Source: Podarcis liolepis
Taxonomy: Eukaryota
Assembly (NCBI GenBank): GCA_965112155.1
Contig: OZ218109.1
Length of the DNA: 64,000 bases
Reading direction: 5' to 3' (one strand)
Position numbers and translations under genes: made by a program. The notes beneath the pieces are model-generated. The model was not told the DNA's origin and searched no databases. It saw only the letters and a program-made list of their open reading frames with translations. Shown here one piece after another: positions 13,370 through 28,079 of the stretch (the stretch's first letter is position 1; each line of letters opens with the position of its first letter).

Positions 13370-13705
13370 CCCCGCTGTGTTCAATGGAGTTTGCTCCCGT
13401 GTAAGGATTGCAGCCTGTGTCACATACTGAAATCCAAATTTTAACATACTGAAGCCAACCCCATCACTACCTGCAAAATGTTATTGATAGATGAAGATGC
13501 AACATGGATCATTCTTACTTAATAGTGTTAGTTAGGCACCTCTTGATTGACCTGTCATATACATGCTGGTGCCCATAGTGACTTTCCGCTTGGGCAACAG
13601 TGTCATCAGCTAGTGTGTTTTCTTTCGCTGTTAGGTTCCTCTTCCTGCCTTATCTTCGTTCCTTCTGCAGTGTGTCATGGGTCTTCACTAGTTATTATTT
13701 AATTA

Positions 13706-13931
13706 CAATGGTACCTCGGGTTAAGTACTTGATTCGTTCCGGAGGTCCATTCTTAACCTGAAACTGTTCTTAACCTGAAGCACCACTTTAGCTAATGGGG
13801 CCTCCTGCTGCTGCAGTGCCGCCGGACCACGATTTCTGTTCTCATCCTGAAGCAAAGTTCTTAACCCAAGGTAATATTTCTGGATTAGCGGAGTCTGTAA
13901 CCTGAAGCGTATGTAACCCGAGGTACCACTG
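13706..13931. mobile_element. Tc1/mariner-superfamily (pogo/Tigger-like) MITE, 226 bp
   Basis: TA target dinucleotide on both sides; TIR CA(A/G)TGGTACCTCGGGTTA (17/18). Confidence 0.88.
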
Positions 13932-14039
13932 TATTTTATTTTATTCATAATAGTGATACACTGGCTTTCCTCATACAAGTTCCAGGCAACTCCCTGCAAA
14001 CAACATAACACACAGTAAAACTAGAAATCGCAAAACTAT

Positions 14040-14186
14040 AGGAGCATAGGAAGCTGCCTTATAATGAGTGAGACCATTGTATTCAGGAATGACTGGCAGT
14101 GGATCACCAGTATTTCAGGCAGAGTTCTCTTCTAGCCCTGCTTGAAAATGCTAGGGATTGAACCTGGGATGTTCTGCATGCAAAGT
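14040..14186 (-). mobile_element. tRNA-derived SINE with CR1-like tail (Squam3-like), partial
   Basis: Reverse complement resembles 16972-17168 (TTTGCATGCAGAA...GGTTCAATCCC...TATAAGGCAGCTTCCTATG). Confidence 0.65.
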
Positions 14187-16971
14187 ACAATGGCAGATCA
14201 GGAGGCAGAGGCAGGTTTTGGGGTTTTTTAAAGCAGCAATAAAATATCAAAAGCAGAGCAATGAAGACTAGTTGGTAAAGTCAAGCTTTTAAAAGCCTAT
14301 TTAAACAGAACAAAAAAAAAAGTTTTAACACTAATTCAAGGGCAGTAAATGCCTTGGAATCATCAGCCTTGCAACAATTTTGTAAAATAAGTAATTATTC
14401 CTTTTTTCTTTTCTTTTTTTACAGATGATATACCTGAAAGACAGTTCTGTAGACAAGGCTGCTCAGTGGGCCTTGAATTAAAAGACACTGGTCTTCTATG
14501 TCTAAGTCTAGTACTTTATCTATGAAACAATACTCATTTTTTACATATTGGTCTTCTTGTTGTTGTTGGATATGATATGGGGACATAACCTTTGCAAACA
14601 CAACTCACGTTATGCAACAAGAGATCAGATATATCACTCACTCTCTTTATATCCTTGCCCGTTGCACTGGGTGGCCAGATACTGAACAAGAACACAAGTC
14701 AGTGAAGGAGAAACATTTGTGGAAAAACAGCACGCATCATATAAACAACTTACCTTAAGGGTAGGATTAATTATATAACAGAGATCCATTACATTCTGTT
14801 GATGCAATTATAAACTATTATAGCTAATTAGTGATTATACTAAATCTGTAAAGAGGAATGTATGCAACACACAGTCAACAGTCATTATCACTTCCGCTTC
14901 TATACCACCTGTCATTTTGAATTTTTAGCAATTTTGAATATTCCTAAAGTGGTTTGCAAGCTATGCTGTGAAAGCCTTGGATTTTTGGCTCCATATAAAG
15001 GCGGAACGATCAGAAATGGGGATCATGTAGGATTTTCTTACCCCACTCCAATGAAATAAAAATACTAATTAAATGTTAAATGAAATGAACTTTCTATTTT
15101 CCTCTCCTCACACACTTGCTTGCAGTTGCCAACAAGTAAACTTCCTGCCTGTATTTAACAGTGTTTCAGATCAATGGGTTCCTCCCCCATCAAAGGATCT
15201 CAGCTAAGCTATGACTTTTTAGATTGAGCTATATATGCTACAGTATTGTTATTACCACCAAGAATGCAGTGCTTTTTGGTGTGCTTAAACATACTGATGC
15301 CAATGGCATCTTTGTAGGATAAGGCTTCTAAATTTCTGGTGTACAGCCATATATGCAGGATACATATCATACCAGTTTAATCTGCTGCATTTTCGTGATA
15401 TTTTCGCAAGATCCTTCAATTTTAATAATGTTTTGTATATTTTTGACAACAGCCCTTTTACCTGCACTATCAAATCAATTCCACTATTCACATTTGATTA
15501 GTTCTCTATCAGAGGTAATCTGGCTTCTGAGCAAAATTAGCAGCCCAAATGGAAGTATGGAAACAAGACTGGAGTGTTAAGTGTGTGTGGAGGGGGGTTA
15601 AAACCGTGCATTTTACCAGTTGGTTCCACAAAAGGGAAGATTGCTGTGCACACTTAACCCAGGCACTGTTAAGTCTGCAACAAAATCTTGGTTTCTTTCC
15701 AAACCGTTCATGTCTCAGTTATGAAATCTCATTCTGCTACCCTTAAATGTTGATTCAGAGTTCCTAAATCTTGCAGTTCAGCATGATTTATTCTAATGTC
15801 TTCCGGCTTATAGCTAAACATTTAAAAGTTAAGAGTTAGGATAAAGAGAAGAACCATTTCCACAGAGGTAAAGCAGCAGGTAGAAACAGGGTTGCCAGAA
15901 AAAATACAAATGAAAGACGTTTTGTTGTGTTCGAAATAAGAAATACTACAATGTTCTATGGAGGTGTGAACTGTGAAGATAAGGGAACATCCATTCATTT
16001 CATGAGACTGTGGTTTTCTAGAATAATGGACAACCTTTAGACAAAGAATGCCATGGTACCCTAGCATCTGATAAAGAAGGCTATGAAAGCTCTTGCAACC
16101 ATTACGCAATTTGTCCCTATGTCACAGTGTGCCCTGTGCCTATGTCACCTTCAGGTTTTCTACCAATACAGAACTTGTTCTCCAGGGGTCCTGCCAAGAC
16201 ATCCCCACCATTAGCAGTAGTTGTGAAAAGCAATATAGCTGGGCCAATATAACCAGCTGCTGACCAGTAAGAAGTTGGTGCGGGAAGTTAGTCCTTTTCT
16301 TAGCTAATGCAATTTGGTGGGGCTTGGGCTGGGGAAGAGCCCAGTATGATTAGAAGAAGTCCAGAAACTCAGCTATAAGGTAAGGCACTTAAGCATCTGA
16401 AATTTAGACAGAAAGCTCCCCTGCCTGAGAATCCATCTGCTCTTGTTTCATAAGCCCTTGAGCATGCCTCGTTTTACTCTGTGCCTTTTTCTAACTTATA
16501 GGGCTCAGGCACAGCAAAAAGGGTGGACTGACAGCTAGCTCCCTATTGGCCAGATGAGCAGATGAAGTGGTTAAGATCTTTCTTAAATGGGTAAAAAGAA
16601 GAAGAATAAATAAATATAAATCTGTAACTGCAACATGAGGGAATTGCATGATTGAATGGACCTCCATATAAAAGCTCTCAACAAAGGGCCTTTAGGTGGG
16701 ACCCTCCTACATCAGTAGATCCCACCCTAAGGTGAGTGAGCCTTTGTGGGCTTACCTTGCAGCAGCAGTGCTCTGGTCATGCTAGGGGACTAGGAGAGCA
16801 ATATAAATATTTCACAATGTACCCAGCATAGTGCTGCTGTAGGGCATCATGGGAAATTAAAAGGCATGCCTGATGCTGATCAGAGTGCTTTGTGTGTTGG
16901 GGGGGGGTGAATTTAAGGGGACCGTGGGACAGGCATCTGTGTAATGTCAGAGCTCTGGCAGCTGTCTGATG

Positions 16972-17168
16972 ATGGGAAAGGACTGCAGCCCAGTGACAGG
17001 GCAGATGCCTTGCATGCAAAAGGTCTCAGGTTCTGTCTCCAGCTTCTCCAGATAGGGCTCAGAAAGACTCCTCTCTGAAACTGCAGAAAACCACGGCCAG
17101 TCCATGTTGTTACTGCTGAGCTAGATGGACCAATGGCCTTACTTAATATAGGGCAGCTTCCTACATGC
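16972..17168 (+). mobile_element. tRNA-derived SINE with CR1-like tail (Squam3-like)
   Basis: Degenerate tRNA head and tail GAGCTAGATGGACCAATGG...GGCAGCTTCCTA; another interrupted copy at about 34130-34600. Confidence 0.65.
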
Positions 17169-17194
17169 TGCCATACAAAGTTTTTACAAATAGG

Positions 17195-17486
17195 CAGTGC
17201 TTTATTCTGGGGGTACGCAGGGCTACGCATACCCCAAGCTGTTATCTGGCTCTGCTCGATGACCCACCCCTGCATCATGGTGTTCACCTTCTGGTGCCGA
17301 ATATATCGGTCTTTATGCCTCTGTGCTTTTATGTTTGTACATACTTTATGGGCTAATAGCCGTAAATAAATAAATAATACCCCTAAACATTTTGTGAATC
17401 TAAGTTTGGCCTCATTGAGGGGCAGTATTTCAATATGAGTAGGAAAACAAGAGTACCCCTAAACATTTTTTTTAGAAAAAGCACTG
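17195..17486. mobile_element. hAT-like MITE carrying a nested non-LTR 3' fragment (17236-17376)
   Basis: TIRs CAGTGCTTT / AAAGCACTG; flanks caaatagg / catataga (6/8). The insert ends in (TAAA)n and is flanked by duplicated atacccc. Confidence 0.75.
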
Positions 17487-18179
17487 CATATAGATATATT
17501 AAACTTTTTTTTAAAAAAAACCCTGGCTGTACCTTTTTAGACAAAACTTTTTAAAAACGTTTTTGCAACTATGTTTAGCATGAAGATCTAATCTTTAATA
17601 AATATCCTATAGTGAGAGTCTGGGTGAGTTGGGTGGTGGGCTTCTGTGCAGCTAAGTTAGGCAAACTGGGATATACTCTACAAGAAAGATCAGTCCTTTT
17701 AATTCTCTGGCTATTATGCTGCACAGTTTTCTAGTTTAAACGTTGGATCCTGCTAATTTCTACTTGGGAGGAGACAGATGGAAATTAACAAGGCTAAATG
17801 AGTCACGTCCATTAATTTCAATGGGTCAACTCAAGAGTGTTGGATAGAGTACTAAACATCTGGACTGCTCCCATTTTAAGCATCACTGATGGGTTGATAC
17901 AAATTAAGAGAAATTGTGTTCTGACTCAGGCACCTCCTGTACTCAGGTTGCCCCTCTTTGAAAAGTTATATACACATTTTCCTAAAGATCACGCTGCCTG
18001 GGATTGGCACTGGTATCTGCTTGCAATCTGCCAGTTCCGAATAAAAGCGGATGTAAATCAAAGAGAGAGAAAGCAAAGCCCAACAGGTATCAGAGCAATC
18101 CATTGTCACGTGTTCCCTGTAATATCAGCTTGGTCTTTGGACAGAGGGCCACCCATCCCAAAAGGATAACTTCCACTTT

Positions 18180-19620
<1,441 letters not shown>

Positions 19621-22600
19621 AGAAGGCGAAGTGACTCAGCCCTTAAAAAAAACAAAACACAAACACCCAACAATACACCACCCTAAATGTTAAGACTCAG
19701 GGTCTTAATTCAACTCGAGCTTGAAACAGGGCAGTCTTGCTTAGTGACCCTTTTTAACACCCTGCATCTACCATACTCTGCTATACTCCTCGAAGTTTAG
19801 GCTGCTGAAGGGCTATTAAATTCTACCTTGCAATCCTTTATCTATTGGTAAAGGGAACCTTGTTGCATATACTTAAAGGAGAGAGTGGAACTCCCAAGCT
19901 CTATTAATGCAGAGCTACTAAACTAGAAAGTAAGCTGCTGCGTTTTATGTGTGTGAATAGAATGCTTGGACTGGCTTGTGCCCTGAAGCAGAATTCTCAG
20001 TTTAATAAAGTATATTTTATCCACCTTTTTTAAAAGGGGTTAGAAGAGTGTTTTTCAACGCTTGCGTTGCAGCATGCTGTATCCATGCCTTGTATGGAAA
20101 TTTTCATCTGGTTTAGTGCCTAAAGGCTGGGCTAATGTCTGATGGTTCCATATTGGCCAACTTACATTTAAATACTTCAGTAGGTTATTGAAGCGTAAGT
20201 TCTGAGATGTCTGCCTTCAGGGAAGCCGAAGCACAAAGATACTAGCATTCTTTACCAAGACCATAAGATTTGCAAAACAGCAGTGTTTGTAAAAGTATTC
20301 CTGTACCCTTTTACCAGGAAGGTATAAAAAACACCTGACCTAATGCTAGCAAAACTGCAGGTTCTAAATAGAATACAACAGCCATGCCGCTCCTGCAACA
20401 TTTCCAAGATATAAGATGCACAAATCTATCCACAAAGCTTTCGAAAATCCCTCTCCCTCAAATGCATCCCTTTGTAGAGCTAAAATTAAACCTTGTTGAA
20501 CCCCTGGAGGCAAGTAGAATGCACATTCTGTGGTATTCTTGTTAAAGAATATAATGTACTAGGAAAAGTTCCCTCCAAACATATTTGAAAAGGTTTCTTT
20601 AAAAGGTGGCTCTGTCCCCTCCCCTTAAGCAGTTGAATGAATCATATGAAATATACTGCTTATCCTTCTATAGATATTGGGTAACCTGTATCTTTAAGCA
20701 CTTATTTAATCATGCCAAGACTGTGTTTTGTTTCAGAAGCAAATTAGATATCCCTCTTGATAATAGTATTGAATGCAGCAAGTTGGATGCATTATTGCCA
20801 TGAATCCTTGCAACTTAGTTGTGCAGTTATGGTTATTTGGATTGTACTAAATTCGCTCCTCCAAAATGTTGCTTGTATTATATCAGCCTTAAAAACATTT
20901 ACATCTAGATGAAATTTAATTCCCCCCCTTGCATTTCAAATTACATGTAAGTTATGCAACAGGCCTATGATATTGATTCATCCTTATGGAAACCCTTACG
21001 GAATTAGTGTTTCTAAACCAAGTATTTTGTAAAAATGGAGTTTAATCCATGTTATTGGGTCTAGAAAATGTAAGCTTTCTCCTTTTATGGGGACAAGACA
21101 AGTGCATACAATTCTAATTAAGCTAACTCAAACATTTCTGTTTGCTTGCTAAAATAAAACAAAATGGAAAACTGCTAACAAATACTGCATGTTTGAATCT
21201 GTATTTAAATGTGTTGTGTTTGTGAACAAATACTAAAAAGCTTATCATTCATTTGTCAAAGTATTTTAAAATAATACAATCTCTTTTAATAGATGAATTA
21301 TGTTGCTGCCTTACTTTCAATGATTCAGTCCTCTTAAATTATAACTGAATGACTTCATTAAACTTGTTTGAGCCTGCCTTAAGCCATCATAGCAGCATCC
21401 ACGGTTTAATAGAGGTGTGAGAATACAATATATAACTATGGATTGACCGCAGTAAACTGTTAACCTGCATGTACCATAAGGAAATCCTCATTAGTTGAGC
21501 TGGCATTTCAAAGCACCCTCCAGTAAATCCCGAACAAATGAAAATATGTGCCCACGTACTGAATATTTGAATTCATTCATTTCATAATATAATTTCTAGA
21601 AGGACAGCTATGTTAGCCTGTTGTGGCAAAAAACAAACAAACAAACCAAGCTATTGAGGCATCTAACTTTACTATGACGTAAGCTTTTATGGACCATAAC
21701 CCACATTCGTATCTGATGTAGCAGGCAGTAGTCCACAAAAGATTTATGCCATGATCAGTTTCTTAGCCGTTAAAGTTCCACTAGATTTTGTTGCCTTTTA
21801 GGGTCTATGGCATCACTCATCTTAGATAGCAGAACAAGCCTTATTTAATTCTGCAAGCTAATAAATAAAATATTTAGTTTTACTTTCAAATTCTTAGCCT
21901 GCAGAATCTGCCCCGTGGACTAGTTTCACCAGTTCTTGTGACTCTGGCCCTTGTAGTATATTTAGCATGGCAACCTGCAGTATGGAATAACTTCAGAGAA
22001 CTCGGTTGCTTTGTAAAAACTCCTTTGTAGCAGAATAAATCAATCTAGCTTCAATCATTAATTACTCTAATTATTCAGTTACTTATTTTAACTGTTTTCA
22101 AAGAGCATGAAAGAATAATAAATATGTTTCATAGATACCATACTTCAGAATGTTTTAAGTCACACATAAATGTATCTTGTTTTCTCTTTGCATTAGTGTT
22201 TGTACTGCAATGCATGGCTCTGGCTTTGCAAATGAGGTGCATTATTCAGTTTGTACTGGAGCCATTCTAGGATATATATATAAAGCAAATATATATATAT
22301 ATGTATACATAGGTATGTCTTTCACTTTCTTACAGTGTAGATGTTTAAAAGACATTGCTCAGATTTAAGTTCTTTAGTAAAAATGGAGCTGCCAGAGGTT
22401 CTTAAAAGAAATCTGCAAAAGTGCTCTGGGTTGGAAGCTTGTACAGGTCAGGCAGCTGCCACTGCAGACGCTGACATCACTACTGCATGAATGAAAACAG
22501 CTTCCTCTGGGTTTTTCCCCCTTCCATCATCCTTCCCCCTTTTGCAGCTTAAGGATGATCTAAAATGTTGGTTTTAAAAAACAAAACATTAATTCTGGTT

Positions 22601-24714
22601 TAAAATAGAATCAAGCCAGGCCAATCTTTAGAGCTTAAATTTGTAGAACAGGGTTGTTGTTTTTCTACAAAAATGCATTTTCTTTCTTTCTACATATTTA
22701 TGATCTTCAGCAACCTACATTTTAAAACGTAATAGTCATTGCATGCTTTGGGTTTTGTGCATATTTATTTGGAGTACTACAGCATCTGATGTTTTACTAA
22801 AACTGACATTTTGCAGTTTTTCCCCTTTCTATTCCCTTTTCCCCCTTTTTTCCCTTTCCCTTTCTATTACATTTTAAAAAACTGTTTCCTTGTTGCATTT
22901 TTGAAGATAAAAACAGATGTCTTACAACCAACCTGGGATATATTTGCATGAAGAGTGGTTTATAAATACGCTAAATAAGCAAGCATTTGTTTTACTGAGT
23001 GCCATGGTTATACGAAAAATGAATAGTAATACATATGTGAATTCACCCAGTGCAAAAAGTTGTCCTGGAAAATAGTGGTGACTGAACAGCATTTGGTTAC
23101 TTGAATGCCACTGTGTTAAGATATTAGCTAACCAAATAAAACAGTCATAGTGTTTTATTTGGGAGAAATGCTTGCTGCTTTGTAATAAAACTAATGCATT
23201 TCAATTACATAATCCACATTTTACATTCTAATCCGGCCCTTTTTAAACTAATATAAATGTGAATTCACTTGTTTAAAAAAATATTTAAGCTGTCCTTCTG
23301 TGAATGCATGACTTCTAAATTTACTCCTGGAGGTTTCCTTTTACCAAATCAAGATAAAAATACGATAAATTAAGCATAGAGAGTACAATTTAAAATGTAT
23401 CATCTCTGGCAAATTATTTGGATGAGACATGGCTATTGTCTGTAATTTAAAATGGATGCAGATGTTTTCTTACAAGCCTCTAAAGGGTTATGGACAGTGA
23501 ATTTAATCTTTAAATGCTTTTGTTAACAAGTTCAAGTAGCCTTTGAATATATTCTGAGGCCTAGAGCTTGCTCCTTCCTCCCCCTACTGCTGAGAATAAA
23601 TTATCTTGGGCTACATTGGCATAAATACAAGATAAAGTTAACTAGACCTGTTTTCTTAAAGGTGAAGGGCAGTTGACCTATGTGATAAATCATTGTGAAA
23701 ACATAGCTCAAGTTCATGGCTTTCATGTTTGGTTTGATTTATTTACTGGTTATACATATACAGTTGTTTCAAATAAGAGTACTAATGCATCAGGTGCTCC
23801 TGTTGGCATGCTCAGTGTACTTGTGCCTTGTACCATCACATACAAAGTTGTGTTTTTCTTCTATAGTGTGTAGAAAAATGTCATATGAGATCTCACTGCT
23901 CCCTAGAACTCCCCTTGGTGATGCCCTGGACACTTAGCTGAAAAGCTAACTATTTATGACTGCATTGTGATGGTGCACTAAACTAATATTGAGAATGAGA
24001 TCTCACATGTTCAGAATGGTTCAGTGTGAAACAGGTTGCTTCTGGCCCAACCGTACGCATGTCCCCCCCAAAACATTTGCTCTCTGGCTCATCTTTGGTG
24101 GAAATTAGATACAAGAATCAGGACCTTCTTGATGGTGGCACTGCAATTACAGGACACTTTCTCAAAAGTTCAACAAGCTTCCTGTTTTAGACAGATATTG
24201 AAAAACCTTATTTAGGAAGACATTTTATTCTTGTGTTTTCACTACTGTTGTTGTGGATAATGTGCTCGTTTATCATCTTCTTTCTGAATGATATTGTTTG
24301 TATTTCATAAGTAACAATAGTATGTAGTTGCTTAGCAGATTGTAGCTCTCAGAATCCTGGCTTCTGTGAAAGCGTGGAACCAAAACAGACATTATGGTGG
24401 CTATGAGTAAAGTACTTTGTGAAAATTCCATGCGTCCACCAGCATATGTTACATGCTTCATGTCAACACATTTACATGTAGAATTTGTGCCTGTTCTGAC
24501 ATCAGATAGACAACATGTTGATGTATGCAAATGAACACTCCACATGTCGCATAAATGCTTATACAAATAAGCATTTTATCTGTGGCTAAAAGATGTCCTT
24601 TTCAGCATCTTAGTAAATTGTTAGAGTTGTCATCGTTCATTTAAGCTGTATCTTCTTTATGTAGAGCAACCTTTCTGAATTATTTTGGTCATGTTATTGG
24701 GTGTGTATGAAAGC

Positions 24715-24792
24715 AGAGATTAGCGCCACACCTCATAGTCAAATTTGACTGGACATAACTGTCCAGAGGTCCTTTACCTTTTTTACCTTTAT
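24715..24792 (+). mobile_element. Old Sauria SINE 3' fragment
   Basis: gagattagcgccacacc...gactggacataactgtccagaggtcctttacctttttaccttta matches the tail of the copy at 10840. Confidence 0.75.
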
Positions 24793-25035
24793 GCTAAAAA
24801 TATTTTGGATAAAAACTTTTAAAAGCTTATGTCTGAATTAGAATAATAAACTAAAAACCCTAAAGAGGACACAAAGCATGCTGAGCATATTCGATGTTCT
24901 CTAGGAGGTGGTGAATACAAGAAGCATCAAGGAAATGAGAAACTGGGACCTACTCAGACCAAAAGGCTTAAGCTCTCATAATTTATGTCCTCCCCTCTCT
25001 CCTCTCCACCCTGCCTCACTCCACCCAGAGCACTG

Positions 25036-25288
25036 CAAGTGTCAGCAAAATTTTTCAGTAGGGGGCCGGTCCACTGTCTCTCAGACCTTGCGGGGGGCTG
25101 GACTATATTTTGAAGAGAAAAAAAGTGAATGAATTCCTATGCCCCACAAATAACCCAGAGATGCATTTTAAATAAAAGCACACATTCTACTCATGTAAAA
25201 ACACGCTGATTCCCTGACTGTCCGTGGGCCGGATTTAGAAGGCGATTGGGCTGGATCTGGCCCTCGGATCTTAGTTTGCCTACCCATA
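25036..25288. mobile_element. hAT-type non-autonomous DNA transposon
   Basis: Ends (caagtgtcagcaaaatttttc ... ttagtttgcctacccata) and GGGCCGG subterminal motifs are typical of hAT MITEs. No TSD recognised. Confidence 0.65.
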
Positions 25289-28079
25289 GCTTAAGGGATT
25301 TCTCTCCAATTATTCAGTGTGCCATGAGGTTCCTACCCTTGAGGCCAAATCTTCCCACACCCAGACTCTATATGTTAAGGCAGGGAGATGCAAACATTCT
25401 ATCTATGCTATTATATAGCTCATGTTCAGGGATAGATTAGCAGTTTAAGTTCAGCTATTACTATTTCCTTGTATCAGAGTTATCAAGGCAGTTTTCTGTT
25501 CACTTCCCCCTCCTCAGGACAATTGCTAAACAGCTGAGGTTCAGCTTCAGTGACCAAGAAGCTACCATAAAGTACCAGGGTTTAGAAATCTTGTGCTGTT
25601 GCTGTTGTGGTGGAATTTCCCAGTTGCTTATTCCATCCCTTTAATTCATTGAAGGTCTTCAACTGGTATTCTGATTTGCCAGTGTGCAAAATAAAATAAA
25701 ATGTGCGATTGCTACTTAGGGTGCGGCTTAAATCTTTATTTGTAATTTATCTAGATAAACACCTATATAAAACATTTATTTCATAAGTAACAATGATATG
25801 TAGTTGCTTAGCAGAGTGGACAAAATACTTTCCATCTTCTTAAAATGACAGGCAAGTTTAGTCATAACTCACTTTTGCAAATAATTTAACTTGGATTTTT
25901 GAAGTTTAAAACTTTCAAGTTGTTACATATCTGTGTACAACTGTAAAATACTGTCAGGAACCCAGACTAGTACAGTTTACTAAGTTCCTCCTATAACTGA
26001 GATGAAGCTTACTTTTCTTTTTTAACTTCAGATGAGTGGTTTTAAGCTATTAAGGTTCTGAAGTCTATTTTAGCTCCAGAGAGAAAATACATTAAATAAG
26101 AGTTGAACTTAACTGTGTATTCTACAAAAAGTGTAATGTTCTTGAATATGATCTGGTTTGGGCTGTAATCCAAGCATTCATTAGCAGTCATGGGGTCATG
26201 TAATCTTATCTTCACCAATAGTTGCTCAGTAGTCGAAATCTTTCCTAGTTTTGTTTGCTCTTTTTTTAAAAAAAGGCAAGAGTGCCAGCTACATGACCCC
26301 AGTAAAGTCTGGAAAACTCATGTGTTCAGTACTTTAGCTGTATATGGGAATTCTGGTTTCAAGAGTCAGTAGCAAACATGACAATGTTCTGTAAATATCA
26401 CTTATAGCTTAGTACATAAACATACAAAAAAGTACAAAAAAATTAAATGGAAATCAGTTGAAAATAGTGTTAGAGATAAAGCTGCAAGCTACTGCATCTA
26501 AAGATCTCGAACATGTATTTGTTCTTGCCCTTTGGGAAAATATTGTGGGGGGTGGAGGAGGAGGAAGAATTTAAAAAAGAAAATCCAACATTGTAGTATA
26601 CAAAGGAAGGTTTTATTTTTTGGACTTAAAATTATATGTAGACGCTTGAAGAAACTTGTCTTTTTGAGCTTGGGAAATAAATCCTGCCAGAATGTAAATG
26701 AAGGAGCAGTAATACATTTGGATGTTACATATATCACAGCTGGAGATCTGCAACAAAATGGTGCAGCGTATCCATGACTTCTTAAAAAGAGCACTGCTGT
26801 TCAGGTTTCAGCTATCCTAGAACAGAGTTCACAAGGGAGATTTCAGGAGCAGCCTCCAAGCCTCCTGAAACCTTTGCTGGCTGTATTATATGGCACCAAA
26901 GGACATTGTGTGTACGTGCACACTAATAAGGGGTGCAGAGTAGAGGGAGGGAAAAGACTAGTGGAAAAGGGAGGTGTGCTTTGCTTCTTTACTCCCTCGA
27001 AAGCTCAACATATACTGTATTTTACTCATCATGGCATATCTGTCTTATCGAGGAGCTCAAACTATAGTTTGCCTTTCTGTGATGTGCAATCTAGGGCAGT
27101 AAACTTTGCTTTTTATTTATGTGCCACTTTATATTAAAAATCTAAAGCAGCATACAACATAAAATTATAAAAAACAGGAAATTGTTTATATTGAACCATA
27201 TTTATTTTATGTCCTGTTCCATATCTGTAAATAATATATATTCAAAAATAGTAATGTTACTGGAATTTATGTCCGAAAGAACCATAGCTTCTTATTTTGA
27301 ACTTTTGTTTTAGCTTCATAATAGCATTACAGAAGACACTTGAAAGCATGGCAGCAGAATAGGTATTAACTGGCCCCTAAGGGGAAATGAGGAAACAGTT
27401 TGATTTTCACAGTTTTGTTGCCCCCTTTGAAAAGCCTTTCTTTCCAGTGGCCATTCAAATAACATTCATATTTGTTTGTATTGTCTTTAAACATTCATCA
27501 GTTTTCACTTGATGCAGAAAATGAAGGAATTTGTGGCAAGAGACAAGCAGGAGGTATTTTGATTGCTTGTCTAAAAGCCTTGCAACTTCACTGCAGGAGT
27601 AATATGTGTCACACTAATGATTTGAACCAAATACAATAAAGTGGCTGTATATTCTGTAACTTCTGAAAGCACTTTTACCAACATTGAATCATAATAGTGT
27701 AGCTTGAATACCTTATTTAGTAATCTAGAAACAATGCTACCATTGCTAACATTAATACTTTGAATCTTGAGTTTAGAAATCCTGCTGTAGTATATTTGAC
27801 TTTAAAAAAATACTTAAGATAGGTTATCATGCTCTTTCATTTTGGAAAATATATATATATATCATTGAAATCACCATATTGATTCTTGTCCACCTTGGTT
27901 CATAAAAGCTAGTAGAGGAGGTATGAGTGGTTGGGTGCAGTTTATTTGCCTGGCTGAAAGTGTCCTCTTCTAAAGAAACCCATGCTGGACCCATTGGCTT
28001 TTAATGATTATCATGTAGTCAAAAATACCCTCTCTAGGGCAAAGGAGTTGAGAGAAGGTGTTGGCACAAGTGTAGGTAC

